Below, one piece after another: positions 13,536-26,906 of a stretch of 64,000 bases of DNA. How positions within the stretch are numbered: position 1 is the first letter of the stretch; every line of letters starts with the position of its first letter. The stretch spans positions 34,048,001-34,112,000 of the forward strand of contig CP068257.2 of assembly GCA_009914755.4 (NCBI GenBank), given 5' to 3'. Origin of the DNA: the human T2T-CHM13v2.0 reference genome, Homo sapiens. The notes under the pieces are model-generated. The model did no database searches, was not told the origin of the DNA, and saw only the letters and a list, made by a program, of their open reading frames with translations. The position numbers and the translations under genes are program-made.

Positions 13536-15168
13536 ATGAATGTCTGAGCCTACTGTAGCCTTAGCCTTAGCAAGAACAAGGCTGAAGTTACAACTTAAAT
13601 GTGATTTGCATGTAACTTTTGCTTATTTTATTGTCTATTTACCAGCACCAAACACATCTGAGATGATGTGTATGAAAATGACATCTACTAATGATGTCAG
13701 AACAGAAAGAGTTTGAGAAAAACAAGTGTCAATTACTCACCAGAGGCGGGGTTTATTCTTATGCTTTAGGAAGAATAAAAACCACCTGGGAAGTTTATAA
13801 GCTTGTTAAAAATACTAATTTCCCTACCATTAATAGAAGAGTCTAATTCAATGGAACTCCCAGGAATCATGTAATATCCTTGGGTAATTCACAGGGATTG
13901 TGATATTCTAAGCTGAGATGAAGGCATCCCCTTCAAATAGGCATTTTCTTCCCTCCTCTAGATTATTGTCAGGATTCATCTTATTGCATCAGCATCACAA
14001 GTACACAAGTTGCTTGAAGAGGGAGTCAGAAGCGGGATGTAAAAGGCATTAACCCCACCCTGGATATGCACTGAAAGCGTTATGGGCAAAATAAAATAAA
14101 CATCCTAGACTGGGAGGAGAAGTTAGGGGCCTAAAAATTGAACTCCACACCCAGCATATACATCTTTTCTAATGCAGGCAACAGAAGGCTGTTCTCATCT
14201 TTGCTTGAACACATTCTGTTATGGGAAGTTCTTTACCTCCTGTAACTGTTCATTCATTTTTGAATAGTTTGGTTACAAAGTTCTTAGTGGTTCCATTTCT
14301 GTTCAATGATGCTGTAAGAATTAGGTAAAATCCTCATGTACCATGATACCCAGTGGAATATATAGGGATAACTGGCATGTCAGTTCTAAGATGAGCACCC
14401 TTATTTCTTCAAGTGTCCATGTATAGGGTTTGATGAACTCTTAAGCATCTGGGTTGACATCCTCTCGACCTATCATTGTTTATCAGTGTTTCTCTGAGAA
14501 TGCGGTACTAAATTTATCCTTCCAGCTGTGCTCTGATAAAAGTAGAGAGGGCCCATCACACCCTTTATTATGGACAATCTACCTCCATCATTGCCTTCTA
14601 GAATCACATTAGCTGATCTGGTAGCCACATCCTATTAAGCCAAAACTCAATTAAAACCTCTGGAGTCTTTTGTCACTGGAAACCTCTCTGTGTGTGGCCA
14701 TTGATCCAGTTATCAGCACTCTGAATAAAGCCACTCAACCATGTTGTGAATTATCTGACTATTCAGCCTGCATTTTGGCATCTCTCCATGTACTCCACGT
14801 AGAAAGAAATGCATTGCGTCTTCAGCCTTCCTCTGTTCACTAGACCTGGGTAGAGCTATCAAAATCAATTGTCTGACCCCTATTGCTGGAGGCATACCAT
14901 CATATTAGAGAAGAGACACTGGTATGGGATGTGATAATACCCTCGTAAAGACACACCAGGTAACACTTTCTTTCCAGAGAGTAGATGTATAAATAATTGT
15001 TCTCATCATTACAAAAATGACCACTTCCTATGCTGGTTCAGGATAATGAAGAAACACAGGGCTCTCTCAGCATACTCAAGAAACAAAACTTTAGTCTGAA
15101 AGTCTGCTGTTTTTTAAAAAAGTACTTTACTCCATTTACATTTATTCTGATTACTGATCATTTATTTA

Positions 15169-15320
15169 GATATATTTTTGCTATAATTTTCCTTTCTTTT
15201 CTGTTTTATTCTTTCTTTTTCCTTTCCTGCCTTCTGCTCTATTTTGGGATATATTTTTGCTACAATTTTCCTTTCTTTTCTGTTTTTTTCTTTCTTTTTC
15301 CTTACCTGCCTTCTGCTCTC
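15169..15320. repeat. Tandem duplication (2 copies of a ~78-bp unit, ~93% identical) inside a T-rich low-complexity block
   Basis: atatttttgctataattttcctttcttttctgttttattctttctttttcctttcctgccttctgctct and then atatatttttgctacaattttcctttcttttctgtttttttctttctttttccttacctgccttctgctctc. Confidence 0.9.
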
Positions 15321-16223
15321 TTTTTTTTTTTAATTCCTTTTTTCTTACTCTTCTTTTGGAATTATTTATCCATACTTCTATACTTTCATGAATATATATT
15401 AAGCATAATTTACTATTATTTTTTATATTCTGAAGCTAATCAATATCTCTACTATCTTTACAAGGTAAAGATCTTAGCCCTCTTTAACTTGCCCCCAAAT
15501 TCTGCTTTCCTATCATCTTTGATATTATTGTTCAGTATCATATTCATTTTCATTTTTAAAAACTCTTAAAATATTATTGATATTAGTATTATTCTTATAG
15601 TAGATTTGCGAAATGTTTTCCCCAGTTTCTTAACTGCCTTTGCTCCTTGCTGTCCACTGGCTCCCTTCCAGCTTCCACCTCCTCCTTTTAACATTGCATT
15701 ATTGCATTTGACCTTTCAGGTAGTGAGTCTCTTAGTCTTTGTATGTCTAAAAGTATCTTTATTTTACCTTCATTCATTATAGAGCAAGGAGCGAAACCGT
15801 TTTATTGAGAGGTTTCTGAGGGGACTGAAAAGAGGGGAAATGATGAGGTTCTTTGCCAGAATCTCTTCAGGCAGCTCAGGCTCCTATCCGCTGGGGAAAG
15901 CCCTACTCCCTCTTGAGTGATCATTTAACTGAATAGAGACGTGAAATTGATAGTTTTTTTCCCTCACCATTTAGAAAATAATATTCACTTACCATCTAAC
16001 ATTTGTCATTGCCAATGAGAAGTGTGCTGTCGGTCTGAATGCTGCTCCTTTTTTAGGTACGCTTTTTAAAGACTTTTATATCATCTTGCATATTCTGCAG
16101 TTTCACTACAATGTGTTAGGTGTGGATTAATAATATGTATCCTTCTCAAGGTTCAGGGTGCTACTGCAAACTGGTCTAATTATTTTTAACTATGGAAATT
16201 CTCCACTAATTTTTAAAAATATT

Positions 16224-16582
<359 letters not shown>

Positions 16583-17106
16583 TCAATTTATAATTTGTAT
16601 TTGTATCTTTTTACCTTTTGGAGCTGTATTCTAAGTGGATTTGTCAGCTCTATCTTCAGAAATGTTTCTCCAATTGCATCAGCAATCTTCTGTATCTTTT
16701 GCAAATCCACCTGTTTTCTTTCGTCTTACGTTATGAAATCTATTCCTCACATGGTCACTTTGGACATCTAAATCACGCTTATTTTCAGCTCCGTGGACTT
16801 TACTCTCATCTGCAGTTCTTTCTGAACACTCTCATTTGTTGTATCTGTAGGCTGTCTCTCTCAGTGGTAAATGCCTTCGTGTGTTTGTAATGCTGATGGT
16901 TACTTGAGGGAAATAAGAATGTACCACTTGGCTCAGTGTGCATGATGTAAGCTTGTCTTTGTTGTATGTTGGCTCCTGAAGAAATTCCACCCATGTACCC
17001 TGGGTTATGAGGGTGATCCCATGGGGTAGTTTAACTTTGGCTTCTGCAGACCCCCTGGGGTCCACCAGCTCCACGTTTTTTTTTCTTTACATCATCTCTG
17101 CGCTAA

Positions 17107-17411
<305 letters not shown>

Positions 17412-20369
17412 CTAAATTGGTTTTTAATGAGATTTCATGGCTTGAGTCTGGCTGTGTGCATTTACTCTCATGCTCACACATTGTGGAAGCTTGTGCATTC
17501 TGACTTCCCTCAAGTAACTCTTTTTCTACCCAAGATGTCGAATATAAAGCCCACATCTGGCGCTGGTGGGTAGAACTTTTAATTCCCATCTCAATAACAG
17601 GACAATCTTTATTGCTGGAAGTTCAGTCCCATCTTCTACCACCCAAGAATCTTGCAGCTTAGACTCCCTCCCGGTGCAGTTTATAGCCCAGATTCATGGT
17701 AGACGCCTTAACCCAAATTCCCCAGGCCTTCTGCTCTAACTCTGGCTTCTTGTTTCAGCACCTAGAGATCTTCCTTTTCCAACCCTCCAGCTCATCTGTG
17801 GACTTTCCTGTTTTTGTTATTTTTGTAGTAGAAGGGGACTTTCCCAATTATCTCAGTTGGCCATCTTTACCAGAAGTCTAAAGGAACTTTGGAACTTTAG
17901 AGGAAATAATTCACAGGCAATGCTTTCCCCTCAGCCTTTAATTGGATGTTTTTCCAGCCATACATCTCTGCATCCAAGTCCCACAAGAGCAAGCAAGTGC
18001 CTTCATAACAAGACAAAAAAAAAAGACAAAATATTCACTAAAGCAAAAGCCAAACCTTACAGAAACTACTCTAAAAGAGAAAGCACCATGTGAATAAGCA
18101 AGTTTCAATGTTCTCAGTGAACACTAGTCTTGGTATCTTCTACATGCTCATCAAAGGTAAGATGCTGGTTAAGCAAAAGGAAAGTTTCTGCCTTTGTGTC
18201 CTTGGCCCAAAAGCGAAAGAACTCATAATATAGGAAGCACCATTTTTCTTGTAAATATAATTTGGAGAAGAGCACTCTTTCTTTGCAATTCCTCCCCTTC
18301 ACCCCAACTCTGGTCAGAAACTCTGAGCAGTTGTGTGTGTTTGCAAAGCTGAATGAGCCTGAAGTTGAGCTGTTCAATAATGTACAATAGAAATGTTAAC
18401 TGCCGTATTGATTTTTTATTATGTTTGTATTGCCTGTTTAATTTTATTTTCCTTGCAGGAAATTTTTTAATCAAAAATCCAGTTATTGAAGAGCCCCATA
18501 AGCCAACCGATGCTGGTGAGACTGGAGGAAGCATAGGCATTAAGTCTCTCCTGGTTATTCCCTCTTCCACCTTCACCCACTCCCAGTCAGAGTTCAAAAC
18601 TGAAACCTCCTCCAACTGAGAGTAAATGCATGTGACCTTCAGTTCCACAGAGGTTAACCTACTCTGATTAACTTTTCCATGTTATTCCATTAAATAAAAA
18701 CAGTTTTGACACCCAGAGACTAAAGCATCCTAGAGATAATATAATAACCCTATGCAATCATTTCAAATTGGATTGTAATAATTCATTTAGGTGACCATAC
18801 ATATTTGTTATATGTAATATGAAACATCGCAAAATGAAATCAATAGAAATGTTTCTTGTTAATGAAGATATACTGGGCTGTTATGTGTGGGTTGTGGACT
18901 CAATACCCACAGAAATCTTATTTGTATTATAAATTTCAGGGTATCCTGAGAGTTACAAATGAAGATAGCATTTCTTAAAGAAGCGATAGCTGGTCATTTA
19001 GAAAATTATATCATAAATTTTATGTCATTTCTTGGTCTTTCAAGGTCTTTGCCCAGCAACATAGTCTTGTGATTTAGGTAAAAATTCTGGCTGAGTGATT
19101 ACATTCAACTATTTGCAAATGGACTTTTGCCCAAACTTTCATTTTTACATTCCAGATTTTAAAATAACTTAACTTTAGTAAGTCTGAAGATTTTACCTTA
19201 TATTTTAATACAGATTGTAGAATATTTTATTCCTCAACATAAAAACTGAAGACACAGAGGCGGCGACAGATAGGTATAGGTTATAGATACAGGTATAGGT
19301 ATAAATATATAACTATATACATAGGTACAAGCCAATTAATGAGACTATGATAGGGTTTCACTGGAATGCTACCTTTAACTTCACATATGAAATATAATAT
19401 AGAGTGTACATGTTTATATATAAATAAAATAAGATTTTTAAATTTTGCATTAAGTAAACTCATATAGCGTTTTAGAGGCAAATTTTAATAAGTTCTTCTG
19501 CATTTTGAATGATATCACAGTGAGATTTCACCATGGCAAATATCTGCAGCAGGAACAAAGAATTAATGAATTAATGAACTATATGAATCTATTTATACTT
19601 CTGTTGTCAAAGCTCGTATTCTTACTTCTAGTGAGACCTCACTTACACCTTGAATAAGACCCATCAGATGACCCTCACCTCTAGTAAGAATGCAGAATTA
19701 TAAAATGCAAATAGAGTTATTTGCAATAAATAAGTGGTCATGCTAGAAAATACAAATTTAAAACAGGTTCATAACAAATAACAGTAAGCATTTTTCTTCA
19801 TCTATTACCTGTTTTCTTGGTGCTACTCTCTTTTCTGCCATACCTCTGGAATCCTCAATTTTAAATAACTGCAAATTTGCTTTTAGATAAAACCAATTCT
19901 TAACCTGCCTTAACTGATTCAATAATTTTAATCTGAAATCTGGTTCTACCTGCCTCCCTCATGAGCCTGTTGGATTTGGGTGGTGCCCATTCCACATCAC
20001 TAAAGGGTTGTCCACATGGAGAAGGGCTGCGCTTGCCTTTGTCTTTACCTCCTGATTTCTCAGTCTCTTAAATATTTTGAGACTCAGGCCTTCAGGCTCT
20101 GTTGCCCTCTAACTTTCCTCTGCAGTGTTTTCTACCCTCCTCTCCTTAACTGACCCACATTCACTTCAGACTTTGGTTTTGGTGTTTGGATCCTTAAGCA
20201 TCCACATGTACAAGTCACTGTTCCTTGAGGTTCTTCACACTCTTTCTACAAACCACACCTGACACTTTCACCAACAGGAGCTGCTCTGCCTCTGAAACTG
20301 GAAACCCTGAGATTCTCTTTGTTTTCATCCTCTACTTCACTGGCTCTCACTTGTGCTTCCAATCTGTTA

Positions 20370-21650
20370 TGGGGGATCTTCAAAAAGTTCATAGAAAATG
20401 CATACTATGAGGAAACTATGCGTAGATTTCAAACCATATTTTGCACTGAAATAAATGAGTACTAACTTATTACGGCATGTCTGAACAGAATCAAGTTTGA
20501 GACACTAAGAACAAGACATCATTTTGAAAAAAGCCCCTTTCAGAACAATGTGAATTCTGCTAAAATGGACCCAAGAACAAACATTAAATTTATAGTGAAC
20601 CTTTGTGGAAGAATGGTGAAATCATTGATGCTTTACAAAATGGAGACGATGCCACCAAAGAAATCAGCAGTTTACATATGGATAACTTGTTTTTTAAGAA
20701 GGGATGAGACCGCATTGAAGATGAAACCCATAGCAGCAAATCATTCACATCAAATTGCAAAAAAAATTAAATTAAATTAATCTTATTCAGGACCTAATTG
20801 CAAAGAAGTGATCATTAACAGCAGAAACAATAGCTAACACTATAGACAAATCAACTGGTTCCATTTTGAACAAAAATAAATAAATTTTGTTCAAAATTTT
20901 GAACAAAAAGTTAAATATAAGCAAGCTTTCCAGTCCAGTCAATGAGTGCCAAAACTATCGTGCTCAGCTCAGCTGCAGACCAGCGCAGAGCTTTCAATGG
21001 AAATTTTAAACAAGTGCGATCAAGATCTTGAAACATTTCTTCAAAGAACTGTAACAGAAGATGAAACATGGCTTATCAGTACAATCCTGAATGCAGAGCA
21101 CAATCAACAAGTGGACATTGTCCAGTTAAAGCAAGAGTGGACCAGTCAAGAACAAAGGTCATGGCAACAGTTTTCTGGGATGCTCAAGGCATTCTGCTTG
21201 TTGACTTTCTGGAGGATCAAAACAATAACATCTGCTTATTATGAGAGTGTTTTGAGAAAGTTAGCCAAAGCTTTAGCAAAAAATAAAACTAGAAATCAGA
21301 GAAAGCATCACCAGACAGTCCTTCTCCACCACCACAATGCTCCTGCTCATCAAACACAGGAAATCTGGGGAGAGTTTCAATGGGAAATCATTAGACATCA
21401 CCTTACAATCCTGATTTGGCTCCTTCTGGCTTCTTTTTGTTTTCTAATCTTGAACATATCTGTAAAAGGCACCCATTTATCTTCAGTTAATAATGTAAAA
21501 TATGGTGCATAAACATGGATAAATTCCCAGGACCCACAGTTCTTTAGAGATGGACTGAATGGCTGGTATCATCACTTACAAAAGTGTCTTGAACCTGATG
21601 GAGCTTATGTTGAGAAATAAAAATTTTAGTTTTATTTTTATCTTTTAATT
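20370..21650 (+). mobile_element. Mariner-family DNA transposon relic (Hsmar2-like); boundaries approximate
   Basis: Translations in shifting frames match the mariner transposase. N-terminus: RTNIKFIVNLCGR...and, after a frameshift, YKNGDDATKEISSLHMDNLFFKKG.DRIEDET (cf. [40 protein letters not shown]). Middle: TVTEDETWLI (cf. ITGDETWVY). C-terminal region: AYYESVLRKLAKALAKNKTRNQRKHHQTVLLHHHNAPAH (cf. EFYLEVLRRLREAVRRKRPELW..FLHHDNAPAH). Confidence 0.75.
20946..21512 (+). pseudogene. Degenerate mariner transposase ORF segment (188-aa ORF from the track); conserved HDNAPAH motif mutated to HHNAPAH (D to H at the position of the second catalytic acidic residue)
   Basis: ORF protein ...RTVTEDETWLISTILNAEHNQQVD...SAYYESVLRKLAKALAKNKTRNQRKHHQTVLLHHHNAPAHQTQE... 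The upstream N-terminal transposase homology is in a different frame (20550-20780), so frameshifts are present. No intact DD34D triad. Confidence 0.7.
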
Positions 21651-24479
21651 CCATTTTTCACGACCTTTTTGAAGTTCCCTTATATTTCCACCTCTTCAAG
21701 GGCTAGTTTGCATCATCACAGATTCCAGAATCTCACCCTTCATCCTGGCTCTGCCCTCATCCTGATAACATGTCCAAGCTCTACCTACCTTTAAAAAACA
21801 AAGGCAGTTCCCTGGGCTCCCGTTTCCTCTCTAGTGCTTATCTCTCTCCTGCCCTTCTCAGGGAAATTTCTTGAAGGGATAGCTTACACTTCTTTCTGCT
21901 TCTGCCCTTCCCTCTCACTGCTCAATTTTACCACCACATAAAACTGCTCTGGCCAAAGTCCCCAGTGCCCCATTAATTTCTAAATCCCGTTGAATATGTC
22001 TGTCTGTATTTATCTCTATCCCCTGTGGCTATGAAGTCTCATTTTTGTAACATTTTCATTCCATGAACTCCCAACTCCATGAAAGGTTTCTCTTTTTGAC
22101 ATCTGTTCTTTTTTAACTTTATTTAGATTTTAAATGAACTATTTCAAACATTCACAAAAGCACAGAGAACAGTATGTCCATCTGTCTCTTACTTTCTCAC
22201 CCTCTTTTGTCTTACTGTCTTACCCTCTATAATTGCCTTTGGTGACCTTGTCCACTGTTTTGTCCCCCTTACCCCCAACAGTGTTCACTGCAAGACCATC
22301 CCCACATCTCCTGATCTGTGAGTCTCTCTGTCCTGCTCCTTCTTGCCACCCCCACTGGATGTGCCACTGGCTGCTCAACATAGCTGACCTTTTTGCCACT
22401 CACCAGCCTGCTCTCCTCCTTCATTGTTTCTGCTGACCAGGTCAGAAACATATGCACCCTTCTGGCAAAATCCTGTTATTGGATCTTGGAAATGTCTTTA
22501 TACTCTGTCCCCTTCTCCTATCTGTCCCTCCATATCCCCCTGAACATGGCTTTAATTCAGGTTTTATCCTCCTCATTGTATTTGGTGTAACCGTCTCCTC
22601 ATTAGCCTGCTTTCTGCAGTCTTACCCCACCACCCTCCAATCCATTCTCTACCCATCTACTACACACATCTTTTTTCTTTTTACAATTAAAATCCTATCA
22701 TGTCACTTATGTACTTGGAAGGCATTGGGGACCCTTCCTAAACTCACCATAAGATCTAGACTGTAACATGGGATACTAGCTCCTGCTCAATTCTTGGCTC
22801 CCACTCACAAACCCTCTGCTGTTCCAAGCTAGACCACCTGTCCTTCCCAGAATGCCACGCCCTGGGTTCTTCCTTGGCCACAGGGCTAACTCTTTCTTCC
22901 ATCAGGGCTGCTCTAGTGTGCTTCCTCGTCTGAGTGGCTTTGCCTGCATCTCAGGTCCGGGATGATACCGCCCCTCAGCACACACCTCTGCCATTGCTCT
23001 TACCACGCTGTGGCTACTGTTGGCATATTTGTCTCCCTGACCCATCTGCGCAAGCCCAGAAAGCAGGGACTGTTCTGACCAGGATTTACTGCATTTCCTG
23101 CATCTAGTAGCTGCTCAATAAGTACCAAACATATCCTGACTCACACACTTTTTCATATGCATAGAGATGGTATACTGGGACTTACCAGAAAATCAATAAC
23201 ACAGCGAAGGATTGTAAAAACCCCAGCCAGTAAGGGCACGGTGTTCATGATAACTTAAACAAACATTTAAATTGAAGAGCCACACTTTCAGTTGCTTTAA
23301 AGCAAGTCAAATGAAGTTAGCATCATAAAATATTCCCATGTCCTCTAAAGCTATTAATTGGTAACCCATAGGCATATAATCAAATGCTCACTCAAAAGGC
23401 TGAATCCTTGTCTAAGCACAGAAAACTGGAGCCTGATTTCTGTGCATGAGGTGATGCACCAATGACAAACCTTTATACCAGAGCACGACTCTGAAATTGT
23501 TCACATTGTGTTGCTGTGTGACTATGGGCAGAAATGCAGACCTGGCTATTTAGAGGAGAAAGAGGAAGAAGGGCAGGATCTACATCTAAGAGCCCGTGCC
23601 CCCAATTGGCTAAGAATCACAGTTAAACCAAGTGCCTTATCCCTAGAGTCTGGGGAGGCAAAGGCTTGTCTTCCTCTCATCAAATAATATATATTTACAT
23701 TCCCCTACTAACTTGCCAGTTAGAGTAACTGGATCACACTAAGAAAACTTATTTCCTTTTCTTTGATTAATAAGCTCAAGATTATAATGTATTGAAAGTG
23801 AATATATTATTGTATATTCTCCAGAGATAGATTCCCATGCAACCTGGTTATTCTTTCTTTGTTCCCCCAACAAGTCAAATTCTCTGGTCTTTTCTTCCAT
23901 GTTTGATGTCCCAGGAGTCTAGCCCTATAAATGTCACCAATGGGCCTCCTTGCTCTGAGTCTTCTGCTTGGGCTCAACCAAAGGGAGGCACTGTCAGGAG
24001 ATTGGGGCTGGAGGGGAGAAAGGCCAGGACACTTATTCCTCCACATCCTCTGTGCCAACCCTCAGTCTTGCCCCTAGCTGCGCTCCTCTGCCTGTAGCCC
24101 CAAGCCCCATCAGGAGAGGCCTTTCCCATACATCTCATCTACTCGCCCTGTCCCTTCAGGCCCCAGGGCACTAACAGATTTCACTGATGCTCCCCACTGG
24201 GTACACCACTGCCTTGATTCCTTTACCCCTTGACCTCTGAAATAGCTTCTTCAATGAACTCCTGGAATGGGTCATCTCTTTCCTGCCAGGAATCTGCTGG
24301 GGAAACCCTCCTATGTGACTTCCCATTCCATGAGCCTCACTGCAGAAGCCACGCACATATGTGGCGAGACAGTAGCTCTTTGTGCTATGGTCCATGGACA
24401 AGCAGATCTTTACCATGGTCAGTATTAACCCCCAAATCCCTTCCCAGAGTTCCCCCAGAGAAAGAAAAACTAACAGCAT

Positions 24480-24850
24480 AGTTTAAGAAATTGGCTTACG
24501 CAATTGTGGGGGCTGGCAAATCTAAAATCTATAAGGCAAGCCAACAGGCTGAGGTAAGAGTCGATTTTGCAGTCTTGAGTTCAAATGCTAGAAACTCAGG
24601 CAGAATTTCAACGTTGCAGTCGAAGAAGAAATTCTGTCTCCATTCAGGGAATCTTGGTCTTTGTTCTTATGAACAAAGACATGTTATAGAAGGAAATGTG
24701 CTTTACCTAAAGTCAATTGATGTAAATGTTAATTATATCTAAAATATACCTTCACAGCAACATCTGGAGTAGTGTTTGACCAAACAACTGTCCTCTAGCC
24801 AGCTGACGCATAAAATTAACGATCACATCCATCCACCACATGGATTCAGT
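24480..24850 (+). mobile_element. Ancient interspersed repeat (LTR/MaLR-like; family not assigned)
   Basis: ggctggcaaatctaaaatctataaggcaagccaacaggctgag..gtcgattttgcagtcttgagtt..ggcagaatttc..ttgcagtc..ttcagggaatcttggtctttgttcttat....gtgctttacctaaagtcaattgatgtaaatgttaattatatctaaaatataccttcacagcaacatctggagtagtgtttgaccaaacaactg closely follows a repeat consensus I recognise but cannot name with confidence. Confidence 0.45.
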
Positions 24851-25888
24851 TTCCTTTGGGGCAAGGAGGTTTCTCTTTACTTCAAAAGCTATAAGGGCTC
24901 AGAACTCACTTATGTCCTCTGATACAGTTTGTATTCACTTGTGTTCTCTGATACAGGAGTAAGGAAAAGAAATGCCTAATTAAACAACAAAAATAACCAC
25001 CTTCCTACCACCAAAGGAAACCATCCAAAAAGCCATCAGAGCCTGCACAGAGTATGACCCTGTCTTTTTCCTTTTTTTTTTTTTTTTTTATTGACACTGA
25101 TTGGCTTGTGCTTGAAACTGCCCAAGAAATTTAGAAATATAGGCAATAGAATTAGAAGGAGTTTGAACTGTGACCCCAGAGATCAAACCCTGACAACTCG
25201 GTATGTTAAACTGTATTAAAATGTATGGCTTTGAAGGAAGGGATCAATATGTTTTTCTCTGTTTGTGAAGGGCCTGCACTAAATGATAGTGAGAAACAAG
25301 CAGCCCCAGAACACAGATGCAGCCGAAGGATTTCCATGGCTTGTGCTAACTCAACTTGGCTATCTTGATGCAAAGGGAAAATGTGAAGGGCTTCCAGAAA
25401 GAACAGCTGAGATATTTGCTCACTGGTTTATTTGCAAACCAAGAAAGCAGTTTTTAGTTGCGTATGACTTTAACAACCACATCACTGCCTCTTTGGGCCT
25501 GACCCAAGACACTATTTTAACTTACAGTGAAATATGACTGAAACCCAGCTTCTCAGCCTGTGTTCTATGGGAGATCCAGTAGGAGGCTGAAGGGTTTTGC
25601 AATGACTGTTGTCCTCTGCTTGCTGCCACAACCCCCATCAAGACTCCTCTCCCCAAGGTACACCCTTCCTCCCCCACCCCTTCAGAACTAAGGGAGGCAA
25701 CAACTTCCCAAAAGTTCATGGCTGCATTTCCATCCCTTCGTATGAAACCTAATCAACAGTTCTATAGATAATTTTTGGGATAAACACAGAAATTGATCGT
25801 TCTGGTCTTAAAGCTGGAAACTTACATTTGTTTTATCTGAGTTCCTTCTTCAGAAAATGACCTTCAGGCCTCTCAAAGAAGTATCAAA

Positions 25889-26189
25889 GGGCCAGGCACG
25901 GTGGCTCATGCCTGTAACCTCAGCACTTTCAGAGGCCAAAGCAGATGGATCACTTGAGGCCAGGAGTTCAAGACCAGCCTGGCCAACATGGCGAAACCCT
26001 GTCTCTACTGAAAATATAAAAATTAGCCAGGCGTGGTGGCGCATGCCTGTAATCCCAACTACTCTGGAGGCTGAGGCATGAGAATGCCTTGAGCCTGGGA
26101 GGCAGAGGTTGCTGTGAGCTGAGATCGCAACATTGTATTTGTCTGGGTAACAAAGCGAGACTCTGCCTCCAAAAAAAAAAAAAAAAAAA
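25889..26189 (+). mobile_element. Alu SINE (sense, full length, A19 tail) flanked by 9-10-bp TSD (a)gtatcaaag at 25879-25888 and 26190-26198
   Basis: ggccaggcacggtggctcatgcctgtaacctcagcactttcagaggccaaagcagatggatcacttgaggccaggagttcaagaccagcctggccaacatggcgaaaccctgtctctactgaaaatataaaaattagccaggcgtggtggcgcatgcctgtaatcccaactactctggaggctgaggcatgagaatgcc...ctctgcctcc+A19. The direct repeat gtatcaaag lies on both sides. Confidence 0.95.
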
Positions 26190-26724
26190 GTATCAAAGAA
26201 CTGAAACTCAGCAGATCACCACATCCAGACAATGAGATGTGGGGGCCCTCATTCATCATGATTGCTTCCTTGCCCCTCCCTAGTTTCTATTTTCTTACAC
26301 ATTGTTTGGTTTCTTTCATTTCTTCTATGCTACATAAATCCCTAGCTTTAGTCCCTCAGGGAGATGAATTTGAGACTGAGCTCCCATCTCCTCAGCTGCA
26401 GCACCTGATTAAAGCTTTCTTTCTTGGCAATACTTGTCATCTCTGTGATTGGCTTTCTGTGCAGTGAGCAGCAGGACCTAGACCAAACCCCTTGTATTTC
26501 AGTAACATTTACAACCAACAGATGAGGAACCACATGCCAAAAATGTAAAACCATTGAAGTCCTGGGGGAAAAAATCAGTGCCACTAATCCCAGAAATCTT
26601 TGTACCATCTCCCAACAAGAATTATTCTTTAAAACGAGTTCACAGAGGAGTTATGGGGTGGCTTTTTCACAATGTCCTCTGCAAATCACGATGTCATTTC
26701 CTTTTCACTTGCTCTTGTTCCTGC

Positions 26725-26906
26725 CTGCATTATTTTCTTTCTTTCTTTCTTTCTTTCGTTTTTTAAGACTGCTTTCTGCCTCTGTGGTCATCTTCCTTTT
26801 TTTTTTTTACCATTCTTTTATCAGTTTTCATTCATTATGATCTTAAGAAGCCTCAGTGTGGGCTGTAGTCTCTCTCTCTCTCTCTCTCTCTCTCCAGAAA
26901 AGCATG
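26725..26906. repeat. Pyrimidine-rich low-complexity block containing (TTTC)n at ~26729-26757, T10 at ~26796-26806 and (TC)19 at ~26868-26906
   Basis: tttctttctttctttctttctttcg ; tctctctctctctctctctctctctc. Confidence 0.95.

Noticed and set aside
13141-13536. 131-aa ORF ([11 protein letters not shown]...)
   Set aside because: Direct translation of the (GGAT)n minisatellite, so the periodic peptide is an artefact.
20946-21512. Functional transposase or domesticated transposase gene (SETMAR-like)
   Set aside because: The reading frame is broken between the N-terminal and central segments, the catalytic HDNAPAH motif is mutated to HHNAPAH, and the element is a diverged Hsmar2-type relic. I judged it a pseudogene.
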